From Octopus vulgaris (Eukaryota), in assembly GCA_951406725.2 (NCBI GenBank), contig OX597826.1, positions 14,322,001 through 14,386,000 on the forward strand: a DNA stretch of 64,000 nucleotides. The letters run 5' to 3'. Within the stretch, counting starts at the first letter, position 1, and each line of letters begins with the position of its first letter. The notes under the pieces were generated by a model, which searched no databases, was not told the DNA's origin, and was given only the letters and a program-made list of their open reading frames with translations. Shown piece by piece: positions 40,690 through 57,792 of the stretch. A program made the translations under genes and the position numbers.

Positions 40690-42490
40690 AGCAAGGTATG
40701 CGTCCAGCATGTTCATCTTGTACTCGTATCTCAAAATGGGACGTGCTTGACATATATCACCAGGACTGTCTAAAGTTGATTTTCTGTCCAGTAAATCAGT
40801 AAGAGATAGACCCCACTACTATAATTTCTATGCCCAAGAAGACACCTAGAAAGAGATGGAACGGGTGGATCAGTGCTATATGGACCCCCCCCCCCGAAAC
40901 AATGATCAGGTTAAAAAGAGGATCGGGTGCGAGTATTAAAATCAGACTCAAGGGCCACATATTTAAGATAATAACAAGATATACACCCAAGAGGAAGGTG
41001 CTGCTATTATTGGCACTATTACTGGCGATGTGGTTATCTTATTTATGGTACGGTGGGATGGAAAATTCAAAGAGAAATTAGCAGAGAACTCCATAAACCT
41101 AACCATGTGCTCCCGCTTTGTGGATGATATCTACATAGTATCCAAAATACCCCTACATGACAATGTTAAGGATTTAGAAGCTAACACTCTGGATAGCATT
41201 CAGGAAATAGCTAACTCCATCCACCAGAGTATTAACGTAACGATAAACTACCGTAACAAATACGCTAATTTGGCAATGCGAAATGAGCATCCCGAAATAC
41301 ACAATATATATGTATATACGAGGGTTGATCAATAAGTATCTGGACTGTTGCCATAGTAAAGAAACTAAAGCACGCAGAGTAAAGACACAGATTGACCTTA
41401 AAGTCTGCTGTGCAGGCGTAATAGATCTTAAATATAGGTTACCGGTTTTAAACACGGAATTCTGTTTGGAAGCTAAGAACGGTAAGGTCCAGATCCTTCA
41501 CTCCCATTATGACAAACCCATGGCCTTTAAGTACCTGGTTCACAAGAACACAGCTATTGCAGACAACACAAAGTTCAATAATCTTATAGGCGAGAGTGTA
41601 GAGGAATGTGTCCCGCATATGCGTCCCTATAGAATTAGAAAGGCACATACAATACTCCATCCATCGCATGCAATCCTCTGGCTACAACCTAAGGGGAAGA
41701 TTAGAGTGTACAAAGGAACCAGGGCTAAGTACAAAGCCATCATACAGAATGATTCAAACGAGATCTGCCCGCTATACAGGAGAAAATCCTGGAACATCAC
41801 AGAAAAGGCTATTAAAAAGATAGATAAGGCCAACAGAAAATACAAAACACGACAACAAAAAATACCAGTGTCATATTCATTGGCGCTATCCTTGGCGGGG
41901 AACAAGCATACCTTTCTTTTTAGAAAAGCATTAGATAAGACTAATCTACAGATTAAAGTATCAGAAAGGCTTGGCGCCCCCGTAATAGGTGACTACTGGC
42001 GTGAGTTCAAAGAAGAGAAAGGCTTGATTAGTAGCATAGAGGTTAAGATATTATCAACACATAGAACTGACACGACACTTTGACAGATCACAGAGGCTGC
42101 ACACATAGCAATAGATAGACCGAGCTTCAACGGAATATACGAATGGAACAATAACACCCAACACAACACCACACAATATGACGACTAAAGATAGAAAGGG
42201 GAAAAGAACAGATACAAACAGTGTAATACACATACAATAGACAAATATGCATATACCTATGATGAATATAAGAAATGGAGATAAAAATACTGTATAATAG
42301 AAATGGGTACAGACAACATAGTAAGCGAACCCATATATACACACTCAAACAGACAAATGTGTGACGAAAGACTTCCGGACAATGCATATGAGTTAGAATA
42401 AGAACAGAAATAAACGAGGGAAGATCGAATATGTAGTGCGTACGTTAATGTGGCAATGAAAAGATGTCCATCGCGAAATACACAATATAT
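40690..42490 (+). mobile_element. Penelope-like element remnant, Naiad-like (RT plus partial GIY-YIG C-terminus)
   Basis: YTQEEGAAI..ITGDV..LFMVRWD...SRFVDDI...IANSIHQSI...RLPVL...YDKPMA...RMQSSGY...PLYR..W..., then after an internal deletion QITEAAHI...N..YEW. Clade assignment is from recalled motifs only. Confidence 0.78.
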
Positions 42491-42499
42491 ATATGTATA

Positions 42500-43053
42500 T
42501 ACGAGGGCTGATCAATAAGTATCTGGACTGTTGACATAGTAAAGAAACTAAAGCACACAGAGTGAGGACACAGATTGACATTAAACTCTGCTGTGCAGGC
42601 GTAACAGATTTTAACGTTATAGTTCGCTTCCGCTGTTTATAGCTGCGCTTGGAAGGATGGTGCGTAGCATGTGATCGTCGCATTGACTATGCCAGAGAAA
42701 GATGTCATGGTGATACCTGCTTAGTGGCCAATGCAAAGTTGGAGAAAGTGTATGGAGAGGAGTGTTTGAGCCGCACACAAATGTTGCCGATATTTACGAA
42801 CGTTTTAGGAGACCTGCAAGCAAGAGAACTGAGAAAAACAACATTACAGATGTACGTTCAGCTGTGAGGGGAAATTGTCGTATCACCATGCGCAAATTAG
42901 TTACGGTTCCGTTTAGTCCATTTTCATTGAAAATTTGTGTATGAGATGCGTGTCTGCCAAATTTGTGCAAAAACTGGTTTCAGGTGACCAAAAGGTCACT
43001 TGGGTTTCAGTTGCACAAAATCTCCTTGATTGTGTCGAGAACAATGAAAACGT
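42500..43053 (+). mobile_element. Mariner 5' fragment with TIR
   Basis: TA-CGAGGGCTGATCAATAAGTATCTGGAC terminus; KLEKVYGEECLSRTQ, RITMR, VSAKFVQKL. Confidence 0.85.
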
Positions 43054-43235
43054 TGCGTTGGCCTCTGAGCAGGTATCACCAAGCTTTTAGCAAAATTTGA
43101 TGCAGATTCTTTGCTCAACTTTCTTTGTCGTTGTCAGTGCGAAGATCACATGCTACACACCTTCCTTCCAAGTACTGCTGTAAACAGCGGAAGTGAACTA
43201 AAACGTTGAAACTTAGTGTACATTGCACATGCACA
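43054..43235 (-). mobile_element. Inverted 5' fragment of the same mariner family
   Basis: Reverse complement matches 42590-42735 and encodes KVEQRICIKFC*KLGDTCSEA. Confidence 0.8.
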
Positions 43236-44250
43236 GCCGTCCACACACTTCTGCGATCGGTGTTACTGTGCTTGGATGCTATTGTGGCGAAGCTTTGGTC
43301 TCGATGGTGAAAAGAGTCAACGGCATCTATGACGGCATCATCACTGCGATACTGGCTACCATCCAAGTGTTTTCTCACGTTGGGGAATAGACAATGATCA
43401 GACGGGACGAAATCTGGTGAGTAGAGTGATTGGTCATCCAATCCAAAAGGCCACAGTCATGCGCAACATATATTGAAGCCAAGGTATTTTGTGCTGGAGC
43501 ATTGTGTTACTGAAGGAAGAGCTCGTCTGTCAGTTTCACAAGCTCTTTAGTCTTAATAACCTTTTCTAGCTGGCCCAGCCACACGGCATAGTAATCTCCA
43601 TTCATGATGTGGCCCTTTTGAAAAACTGAGGCCATCACTTTCTGTGCAGATGAAACGACCTTGGCTTTCTTTAGAGAGAGAAATGTTGGTTGCAACGCAT
43701 GGATTGTCTCTTATTCTCTAGCTCAGACTGATGAACCCAACTCGCATCTTGGCTTAGGAAACATTCAAGGAAACGAGCTGGATTTGCCTCAATTTTTCTG
43801 TGATTTCCTCATCCTGTTGCACTTTTGATCAGGTATTAGATTTGGTACCCAGCAAAACATTCAAGCCAATTTCATTTTGCAGAATATTCTAAACTCTCTC
43901 ACAGAATATGAAAATAAAATTGGCTATTTGATTTATAGTCAATTGTTTGTCGTCCATCAACATGGAGTTAACAAGACCAGTGTTTTCTCCGGTGGTAGCA
44001 GTAGCAGGAGGTAAAGATTCTGGATATCTTCAACACTTTCCGTTCACGGCTTAAATTCAGCTGCCCACTTTTGCCCAGCTTATAAAGCTGGTACGTCATC
44101 CCTTAATATAGCAACTACGAATGTCATTGGAGAAGGACTAAATTCTTTTTTCTGCAGGTACTTGAGTCTTCTTTGAATAGTCACATGTCAGTTTACCTGA
44201 AACGAAAAAATGTAGTTGTTGATGAAACGCGCTGAAATTAACGCATGCAA
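43236..44250 (-). pseudogene. Mariner transposase pseudogene of a different subfamily
   Basis: KYLQKK...KWAAEFK, KKAKVVSSAQKVMASVF, NGDYYA, YSPDFVPSDHCLFPNVRKHLDG. Confidence 0.88.
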
Positions 44251-44264
44251 GGTACATCTATATA

Positions 44265-44549
44265 TATGACGGACCTCCACCAAGTATTCTGCCTATATAT
44301 CTGTGCTCACCTTTCATTGCGTATATGGCATAAGGTGTGCAAATCTAACGGAGGTCTCAAAAGACATTTTAAGATCCACAAAGACCAGAACTTAACTGCA
44401 GGTCTTGGTGGTCCAAAACAGATATCCAATCTACGTGGGTGTCTTCTCAATACATTGTCTGGTTTTAAAAGACAACTTCAGACGCCATGATGGATCTATG
44501 GTGTAAGTACAAGAGGAGATCAGATTCTGCATAAGGAGTAGACGACTAC

Positions 44550-44570
<21 letters not shown>
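44265..44570 (+). mobile_element. LINE (probably RTE) 3' end with decayed C2H2 fingers and (CA)n tail
   Basis: HKVCKSNGGLKRHFKIH followed by a second decayed finger (TLSGFK..L..H), a short UTR and (CA)n. The first Cys residues are lost. Confidence 0.55.
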
Positions 44571-44587
<17 letters not shown>

Positions 44588-45821
44588 GTTAAAGAAGAAG
44601 AATGGAGAGTTGTTAAAGATATAAAGTTAATTTATTAACATACTGAACAATAAAGCATACAACGTTCACATTCAGTCCAATCGCAAAATCAAAGATTGGA
44701 ATAAATCCAAAGATTAGAATAAAACAGCATTTTGAATAATATTGGGCAGAACCTCATAAGAGCTAAAGTACTATAGAGAGAGTTACATGTCGAAGGATTG
44801 GAGTTTATCAATGGACTAAGGAAATTAAAAAACATATTTATCGCGTGTATGTATATGCTAATAAATTAAAAAGTAATATTTAAAAAAATAAAGTATAAGT
44901 GTAAAAGATAAAAATAACTCAATAATAATAAATATATAATATAAAGTAAAATAAAAATAAAACCGTTATCTATGTAAATTTCCATTGATTTACATAATCA
45001 TTGGTTCACTGCCTGTGTATTTATTATTATAAAATCTTATCGAATGAGCTTGATTTGTTTATGTGTGTAGTTTATTTTCAAGAAGATAGCCTTTAAAAAT
45101 ATGTATTATTTATATATCTGTATACATATTCCTGTTAACGTGTAGCGTATGTATATGTATTTGTTTGTATATCTGTTATATGTATGTGTGTATGTATGTG
45201 TGTGCATGAATATAAAAGTATTATTAGATATATGACATATTTTAAAATTTGTTAAAAAATCAAACAAAATTAATAACTAGTTTTAATATTTCCATAATAT
45301 TAATGAAACTTAATCAAGATTATTCAAATTAAGAGTTATATTATTACTTGTAAATTCATGATGCAGAGCGGGAAAAATTGCGTATTACGTGGCTTCCTAA
45401 TATAGATTAGGTGTAGTACGTCATTAAATTATGTCTTATTAAAAGAACATTAAGATTATTTATAAATAAATTTATCTAATTATATAGTAATTAAAATGAT
45501 TCATTATTTTAATTATTTCAATTTCGGTTCTACAAATATTGTTGATTATACGATTCTACCGAATAGTAAATTACATATATATTATACGATGTAATGTTAT
45601 TATAAGCTAATTTTACATAAAGGGATGTAATTGCATTAAACATCATTATATTTGGGTATTATATTTGGCTATTTGGGTATTTAATATATACAGTCTCTCT
45701 GTATTCAGAGGATAGATACTTAGGGGTGTATATACAAATAATTTATTATTTTTATATGTATGTATACACCTAAAATTGTGTAGCATATACATGTGTTTGT
45801 TTACGTATATCTATTATATGG

Positions 45822-45860
45822 ACTAAACGAAAGACCGCCCCCTGGGCGGTTTTCTGCTAA
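45822..45860 (-). mobile_element. Helitron-like 3' terminal hairpin
   Basis: GC-rich hairpin ACCGCCC-AGG-GGGCGGT a few bases before TTAG|T, in very AT-rich DNA. Confidence 0.4.
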
Positions 45861-46141
45861 ACTCTTGATAATATTTTCAAATTTGATTCCGAATTCTAAT
45901 AATTTTTATATTTGACGTTTAATTGTTTCTTTGTATAATAGCGCTAATTTGCTTAGTAAATATTGCTTGCATTATTTTATCACAGTCAAAATCTCTCTTT
46001 TTTATACAAATATTTCTGTAGTCCAACAACAGAGGGAGAAGCAGTTTGTCAAGTTTTACCTTCCCCTCAAAGCAATATAGAGATTTCAATTCAGCATCCC
46101 TTCTGTAAGCTTTGCAGTGTATGTTTGTGTGTGTGTGTGTA

Positions 46142-46184
<43 letters not shown>

Positions 46185-47300
46185 TGCAATGATGAGGGTG
46201 AGGTGTAAAAAGAAACTTGTCCTGTACTTTTCCAGTTTCTAATCTTAAGAATATTACTTTTCATGCTCATATTTTTCCATGTAATAACATATGGCTAATT
46301 ATTCCTATAGGAAAACAGATAAAAAGTATCTTAAACCCATATGTATTCGAGTTTGACGTATGCGGTATCAAAAGACTCAGTAATCTTTCGGCTATCAAAT
46401 GAATATGGTTTTTGCATAACACTTTGTTACTACAAAGATAACCTCAGAAACGAGGTTGGGTCGCAAAATATGGAGATCTTTAGGTAAGGGACGTAACTCT
46501 GCCTGAACAATCTTTATCTCTTAAAAAGAACATAATGAAAAATGTTTAAAATACATGTAGTTTTACCAGAGAATAAAACTTCGGAAATATACCATCAACT
46601 TTATTAGTATTATTTAGTAGGTAATCTTTTAGTGTGAAGTATGTTTGTCTGTATTTTGTTTAGCCTAGATTTGCCTCTTATGTAGCAGACCCATCGCATA
46701 ATTTTTCCTTCCTGAAATACTGAAGATCTGTCTTTCTTTTGATGAAAGGGTGTGTTTTGAAGAGAGATTTGGGAGTTTTCTACTATCTCAAGTTACCACA
46801 GACAAACATGTGTGCATGTGTGCGTGTGTGCGTGTGTGCGTCTTTTTGTGGTGGAAAAATACTTTTGTTCAGGATATTTTGTACAATAATTCTTAAAGAA
46901 ATCTGGACATCTTTGTCACTACTAATCATTCAAGTTCCAATTACAATTGTTAATTGATGGAAGTCAAGTGGACTGAGATGTGTATAAATTGATATCGTAG
47001 AGAGTGTAGTTCAATACGAAATTTCGAACTCATTATCTTGTGATCAGTAATCCATTACCTTAAATTTGAAGCCATTAAGCATTTCAACATTATTTTACAG
47101 AGTTTAGTCTTCTGACTGGCGCCATTATGGCGTATCACCTTAAAAAATTTAATTGATCATACTGACCTCAGTACATATTTCAATCTGGTATTCATTTCAT
47201 AGATCTCTGCTTGATGAACTGATAGTGGGACACAATACCCGATTTAAGAACAAATGTGAACACACACACACACAAACACATATATATATACAGACATATT

Positions 47301-47465
47301 TATTTCTTTATTGCGCAAAGCGAGCTAAACATAGAGGGGACAAACAAGGTCATACAAAAGGGTTTAAGTCGATTACATCGACCCCAGTCCATATCTGGCA
47401 CTTATTTAATCGAGCCCAAAAGAATGCAAGGTAAAGTCGACCTCGGCGGAGTTTGAACACAGAAG
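47301..47465 (-). mobile_element. SINE family 2, 3' portion
   Basis: Reverse complement of the 22690-22859 unit (AAAGTCGACCTCGGCGGAGTTTGAAC; TAAACATAGAGGGGACAAACAAGG). Confidence 0.85.
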
Positions 47466-47632
47466 CCAAACACGGACTTGTGACTAACTTTGGTAGACGG
47501 AAACTGGTGCGTTATTCATCAGAAAATGATCGAAAAACATGTTTATAAGGAGTTGTTTACTTCATACTCCGCGTGTGCCGATTTTGCCAGCAACAAAGGA
47601 GCAAATAATATAACGTGGCAGAATATCATAAC

Positions 47633-47662
47633 ACCCGGGCAACGCCGGTGTGCATTGCTTGT
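47633..47662 (+). mobile_element. Helitron-like 3' terminus
   Basis: ACCCGGGCAACGCCGG...TGCTTGT, a degenerate form of the CCCGGGCAACGCCGGG...CTAGT terminus. Confidence 0.45.
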
Positions 47663-47809
47663 ATTATATTTGGTTTCAGTCGTGTTAAGAAAGATCAACA
47701 AAAAAGTATTCAATCCAGTAAGAGATAAACAACATTGAACGTACACAGAATAAAGTAACGAGTTCCTAATAGTGTCATACACATGCACCCCCATATACAA
47801 ACACACACA

Positions 47810-47851
<42 letters not shown>

Positions 47852-50800
47852 TATATATATATATATATATAATTCTAGACGTGTGCAGTAGCATTTATAT
47901 TTGTTTACATCATATTTGCTCGTGAGTTAGTTCTGTGCGTGTAGTAATATGATAATTATGAATTATTTCTAAGATACCAACTTATTTCATATTAAATCTC
48001 AGGTAATATCAGTTGTAATTTTGCCAAAACAAATTCTTATAATTATCTATGATTTCCGTCGTGAACTGCATATCCATATTGTACTTATTCATTGAGAGAG
48101 GAATTTATTTACAGAGAAAACAGCAGGAATAAAGTGAACTGTTTATCATGAGTCATTATCCATTCCATTCTACACTGACAACCTTTCCGCTCGATTAACG
48201 CACACAGCGATATACCGAAGCGCTATTGTTCGTCCTAAACTGAATTCATTACCAAAAATCGGATAAATTATATAAACTTTAGGAAGTATTTTGCGTAGAA
48301 ATATAATCTTAATCTCGTTTAAAATGTGAATATCGATTTCTTTTGACTTTCTGAGAGAAAAGCTGAGGTATTTGCATCATTGGATTGTAACAGAAGGGAT
48401 TACCATTTTGAAGAATACAGAAATATGTTGTTTTCTTTTGTGTGTGTATGTATGTATACACCCCACCCATATATATATATATATATATATATGTACATTT
48501 CTAACTTCATTTCTCCATACGTAATACATGCGCATTGAAATGTACACACATACACACATTCCTGAACGAAAAACGGATAATTTGTAAAAGATTTGATTAT
48601 AAAAATGCAAACTATTGGTGAAGAGTCATGGCTCCTGAGAATAAATTAATTTCTATCATTATGTGATTATATTAAAAGGAAAAGTGAGCCACTGAAATGA
48701 TACAGTAAAGTCTTGCAGAATGTTGTTACCTCCGTTCCTGTTTAATTTCGAACAGCACAGAAGCTTCATCTTGTTTTGTTTTTCAAGAATCAAAAATTTA
48801 AATTCCACACAAGTACAAGGATTGACCCTCACAAAATGTTTGGTCTTCTGCTCATATCCGAAATGAATCATTATTAGTGACATATGAGCACTGTGATTTG
48901 TCACAATGAATTGAGAGCGAGATTAAATAATTCACATACACCCAGGGTCCACTTTCCAATTCCTTCTTTCGACATCAATAAAGTACCATTCAATATAATC
49001 GACTGTTTTCCAGTTTTCCTGCGGTGCTCTCCGTATATTAGAAACTATTTGGTCGAATAAAATATTTGATACTTCATTTTTATTCTAAACCTTGTTTCCC
49101 TCCTTTTTTTATTTACGAATACTTAAGCTTAAGCGATATAAAACTGCTTATGCAAATGAGAAAATATTTATAGAGCCATAAAATATCCCAAAGAACCATA
49201 TACCTGCTAGGCCCTTTAGTTATGGCTCATCTAGAAGACGAAGTGCAACACTTATGATGTGTGTAAGAATTCCATGATAGTTGAGTTATTAGGCCAACCT
49301 CAATTCATTGGTTACTGCAGAAGAAGCAGTTCAAGTTATTTAGGTTTATCTCTCCTCAATCTTCTACTATTTTCTCTTATCATTTTTCTGTACCATAGTC
49401 TAATACTCGTTTCCAGCTTCCATTCACTCACCACTTCTATAAGTGTTTGACATGGTTCTGCAGGATGGAGGGACCTCTACATCGACTGCTCCTGCAATCA
49501 AGTAAGGATGAACTCCTTCACCACTTCCGGAATTTTCTAATCTTTCTTCTCTCCGCATTCCCATACCTTGTGCTTCTGTGTTTAAGATAAAGCACATACA
49601 TATCAAAGTCCTATGGTCATCAAAGATCTCTGCTTTATCGTGCACTATAAATCATTCGTCATTACATTCTACTACGAACATGACAATCAGTCAGAAGATG
49701 ATGTGTTCATAAACACCCTTGTTTTCACGCCATTTTATTTCCACTAACTCAACTACTGTTGAGCATAGCAGAGATAGGTTTTTCGACTCTCTATAACAAT
49801 TTTCTGGAGACCAACATACTTATACATTTTTCTAACTGGACTTCATATCTCGAAATTCCTTATGTCACACATCATTTGCAAAGTTGTTTGATATCGATGT
49901 TGCAGTTGCTAACATTTCATCTGTACCCAAAAAACGTAAGAAGTTCGTTTCATTTAATTTTCTTCAACATGTAATCATCGAATATAATTTTAAAAAGGGA
50001 AGAGTTTAAAGCAGTTACAAAACTGTAACAAGTGGTCTATTCTTCGAGAGCTAAAGGTTAAATTTAAAACAAAAGGAAAACAAAATAGACAAAAATGGTA
50101 ACAACATCCACGATATGGAAATTGTCACCGCCAGGTGGTATACCGAAGACTATATCCAAGGATACTATAGTGTTCGTGACAATTGTTTGTACTGTAACAT
50201 TTCTGAAGGAATCCAAACCATCATTCCAGACTGTCATTGACAGCTTTCAAAACAAAAATTACTTCAAAAAATATATTTGACACCTAATAACAAAGCAAAC
50301 ATGCTCAACGTATGTCATACTACCTCATATTGTTCTCTTCATCCACTCTAGATAACGTATGTGTTTCATCAATTTCTATGACAAAAATTACAAAGTTATA
50401 CTAAATACCGGCACAGCAATACTAAGGTATAAGTCCCACTGAAAAGCAGAATAAAATATTTGTGGCAAGCAAGGTAAGTCATTAACAGCAGATAAGGAAC
50501 ATACTTATACCATTTATAATGTTTATCGCCATAATGATGTGAAATCAGACAAGTTCCATAAGTAGTAATACTAGGAGGGATATACTTTGAGGACACTTTC
50601 ATACGGGATTTCTTCATCTAAAACCTTTGTTAATTTTGAACGCATTTATTCAGAATTTCCAACACATTCATCAATTTTGTTTCAATGAAAGAAACTACTG
50701 ATGCTTGATGCTTCATTTAAACCAAGAACGTAGCAATAGCAATACCTAGTAAGAAATTACGAATATTTATTTCTAACAATCAATCACATTTTCCTCCACT

Positions 50801-50916
50801 CCAAACTTAGTCAAATGAATCAATGTGTTTCTAGCAGCCAACATTTCAAAAGAAACAACTACACCCACCATATACACATATACATATATACATGTATTTA
50901 CTTACATACACACACA

Positions 50917-50975
<59 letters not shown>

Positions 50976-51362
50976 GGATTTTGACAATATTGTGAATTAT
51001 CAAAAGAAAACTGATGGCATCAAACGTGCTATATAGAAGACCACAGAAAATGTCAAAGTGGCAAAAGTGTAAGGAACGTCGATTCACATAAACAAGATGA
51101 GGAAGATAATTCCGAAGGATATTCTTAACAAGAAGGGAAACAGCAAAGTCAGTGTCTCTTGAATGATGTATCGTTTCCATTAAATGATAAGATATGGAGG
51201 AAATATTCAAACAGAAACAATTAGGAATATAGATATCCATAACGTAGATAATTCAATGGCGAACATTTGCCAGAAGGTCCCTTACTGTGATTTGAAGAAG
51301 AGATGTATCTACATCACGAAAAGTATTCGGACATTTTAATTCACCAAAAATAAGACTTATGG

Positions 51363-51409
<47 letters not shown>

Positions 51410-51421
51410 AACTACTACTAT

Positions 51422-51475
<54 letters not shown>

Positions 51476-51488
51476 CACTACTACTACT
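51363..51488. repeat. (CTA)n microsatellite
   Basis: Direct reading. Confidence 0.97.
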
Positions 51489-51573
51489 GACACAGAAACA
51501 GATTTTATATTTGTTGCTGATATTAATTATAAAGGCCAAAGTACAAGAGGCCTGACCAAAATTTCTGCGATGT

Positions 51574-51605
<32 letters not shown>

Positions 51606-51631
51606 ATATACACACACACAAACACACACAC

Positions 51632-54372
<2,741 letters not shown>

Positions 54373-54375
54373 TTG

Positions 54376-56465
54376 ATACGAGAAATCAGCTACTGGTTCA
54401 AATCTTCCTGACTCACAGGAGATGGAAGTACCCCACAACCGGAATATTCCAACATATGGCTATCCATGCTCGTCATCAAACAACCAAAAGAAAAAGAATG
54501 AAAAATGGTCTAGGGAAGATAATAAAGAAGTTCTTACGGCATTCTACCATGCCATATATTTCCTTACAAATAAATCTAATGCTGTACAAACCTACTTAAA
54601 CTGGAGACAGAAGTAACTTGAAGTAAGACCCTACGTAGACAGTAACAAAACGTAGACAGTAACAAACTTGCACATGTAGAAGAAACATTATGAAAAAAAG
54701 TACTAATTGAAGTAGAGATTGACCAAACAAAGCAAGCAGTAAAAAGAACGAAGCTGCAACTAAAGAACATACAACAGAGGAAATAATTATGGACAAGCCC
54801 AGGTTGATTAAATATGCAGTAATGATTTAAATAGTTAAAATAACTAATAAGCAAAGTGAAATACTCTCTGAACTAACCATAAACACTAAGGCAGATGGAA
54901 ATCAAATAGATGAAAAAAGTCACACAGAAATTGACCCAACAGAACTACATGATCTAAAATATCAAATCATGATTGAATGGCTGAAAATTAAAGAAACCAG
55001 TATGAATGAACGCGATACTCTCCCAAATATTCGCAATATAACCTGGATAGACTATAAAAATGCTTTTGGTAATCTACCACATAGCTGGATCAAGAAATGT
55101 TTGGAAACTTATAAAATAGCACCTACTCTGCGAAACTTCTTATCTGTAAGTTTGAGATCATGGAGAATCACACTGACTTTGAACAGTGATAATGAATCTT
55201 TCAATACTGAACAAGTGAGAATTTCATGTAGCATTGTCCAGGGTGACTCTCTATTACCACTCCTCTTTTGTCTAGCCTTAATAGTTTTCTCGAAATTGCT
55301 CGATGATGTACAATATGGCTATAAAATGTTTGATAAAAAATATAAATCATCACATTACTAGCAATTGTTAAACAGTTCAGTGATAACATCAGGATGGGAT
55401 TTCGTCTCGATAAATGTGCGAAAACTACCTTTATCAGAGGAAAAAAGATAGAAATATCCAACGTTAATCTTGACCAACAGAATGTCATAAAACTGTTAGA
55501 ACCAGCGAAGAGGTGCAAATACCTAGGGGTATTTGAAGGGGACGGAATCGCACATTCAATGATGAAGGAAAAGATCAGAAGAGAATGTTATCGCAGGGTA
55601 AGAGTAATACTCAAGATAGAGCTGTATATAAGAAACAGGATCGAAGCGATTAATACTTTAGCCATATCTGTCTTGACTTCCAGTTTCAATATTATTAAAT
55701 GGTTAGTAAATTGAAATCTGTGATCTTGACAGAAAAATGCGAAAAGTGTTGACAATGCATAGAATGCACCACCCTAAGGCCGATATAGAACGAATTTTCC
55801 TGCCAAGAAAAATGGGTGGTCGCGGACTTTTACTGCTGGAATTAAGAATAAACGTTGCCCCAATTGGCCTAAACATTTACCTGACGAACTTTGATGAGTG
55901 GATGTTAAAATTTGTCTCATCTAAGTTTAATTTCAAATACAAGTTCCAGAATTACACGTACTGGAACGAAACAGAAAAATCTAAGCGTATGAAAACCTGT
56001 GCTAAAACTGTTGTCTTAGATATTCTTACTGATAAATGGCAGGAAAAACTTCTCGATAGCAAATACCCACAGTGAGCTAATAATGCTGATGTTGACAAAG
56101 CCCTTGCCCATTAATGGCTAGTGTCTTCTAGTTTAAAATCAGAGACAGAAGGGTCTTTCATAGCAGCCCCAGATCAATACCTTTCTACAAGAAGCTACCA
56201 AGCCATCATTTTAATGAACGGCAGCAACCCGAAATGTCGTGTATGTAAACAACAAAATGAAGCCATTATGTCTCCATGTGCAGTCATCGTGCACCTATAG
56301 AGTATCTCACCTGGCTTGATAGAGCTGCACAGTATATTCACTGTTTAATTTACAAAGACTTGAACTGGCACATGGTAAAGATTGTTGGGAACACGAACCA
56401 CCTCCAGTGTTTGAAAATGACCCCATCTCACTCCTTTGGAACTTCGCCGTTCAAACTGACTAAAT
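54376..56465 (+). mobile_element. Older R4/Dong-type LINE with N-terminus and large internal deletions
   Basis: KWSREDNKEVLTAFYHA...WRQ...NKLAH, then directly WIDYKNAF, IVQGDSLLPLLF, KYLGV, RMHHPKADIERIFLPRKMGGRGL, LKSETEG, CRVC. Confidence 0.9.
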
Positions 56466-56506
56466 GCCGCTATGTATACATAGATACACAGACAGATAGA
56501 TTGAAA

Positions 56507-56507
56507 T

Positions 56508-56586
<79 letters not shown>

Positions 56587-56657
56587 CATACATACATACA
56601 TACATACATACATACATACATACATACATACATACATACATACATACATACATACAT
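56507..56657. repeat. (GATA)n(CATA)n microsatellite
   Basis: Direct reading. Confidence 0.97.
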
Positions 56658-57792
56658 AGAAACCACCTATAACAACAAATCTACCTTAAGGCAGCATGAA
56701 ACCAAGAGAATGATAGAGAGTGGGGCAGAGGAAAGGATCGTGCAAAACGGAAGTAGAGGGATAGATGAAGGGAAAAAAGTAGTAGAAAATGTTATGGAAG
56801 AATAAATATGAAGAAAGGGAGAGTGTGGAGAGAGAAAGGAATAAAGAGTCACATTAAAGTGGCAAAGGTGGATAGAAGAACAAATGGAAAGTAAATAAAG
56901 AGATACAAGGGGCAGATTCCTACAAAGAAATGGAGATAGGCAAAGAAGAGATTGTTGGGAGAGAGACAGAAAATAAAACAGTGGCACAGTGTTTTCAGTT
57001 TGCAAAATTTCACTCTCAGCTTATTTGTCTGACCAAAGATATTAAACATCCACAAAAGGTGTCATAACGTACGACACATTTCCTAACCACATATTTCGCG
57101 TATCACTTTCTAGGCACAGACGAATCATTGAATATACTTAATATGTATATACATGCATCTACATTTACATAAATATATAAAGGTAAACATAATCGGGCGT
57201 TTGAGCCTGAGGAGCTAGGTTCTTTATATGTAACATTCAACTAAGGAAGTAGTTGAATGATATTCTTAAGGACGCCATTTAGTCACACGCAGTATCTTCC
57301 AGAGCTACATTTTGGCATAAAAAAACAAATTGAGATTTGATCCAGTAGAAAAAAAAATTACATCAAAATTTGTAGCAATATTATAGAAAAGTATTGCTAT
57401 CAATCAAGTTTAGATATAAATGACATTTTTTATTTTAAAACAAAATATATTTATCTTAGCTTCTATGAAAGAAGAAAGCATAGTTTTGGTATCACGCAAA
57501 AAGAATTTGTATAAAAAAATTGGATTTAAGTATACTTAACTTTTTTTAATTCTAAAAACAAACTATATTTTAAGCTTAAATGATAGAGCTCAATTCTAGC
57601 AATTTCCTGGTATCAATCTCGAGTGATAATATCGTTCTTTACTTTTTATGAATATAGTTATATAAGGAGACTTTTAATATATGTCACCTGCGTCATTGAG
57701 GTAAGGAAAAAGTTATCAACGACACTGCTAATTGTCACATTTGACACATTATTAATTAGCACAATAGTATAGCCTGGAAGAAACACGGGTTG

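Noticed and set aside
41283-42083. 266-aa ORF as a novel protein
   Set aside because: Chance read-through of an inserted mariner fragment and mixed frames of a PLE pseudogene.
44245-44490. Possible host C2H2 zinc-finger gene
   Set aside because: Cys ligands are decayed, there are no linkers or finger array, and it ends in a (CA)n tail; fits a LINE 3' end.
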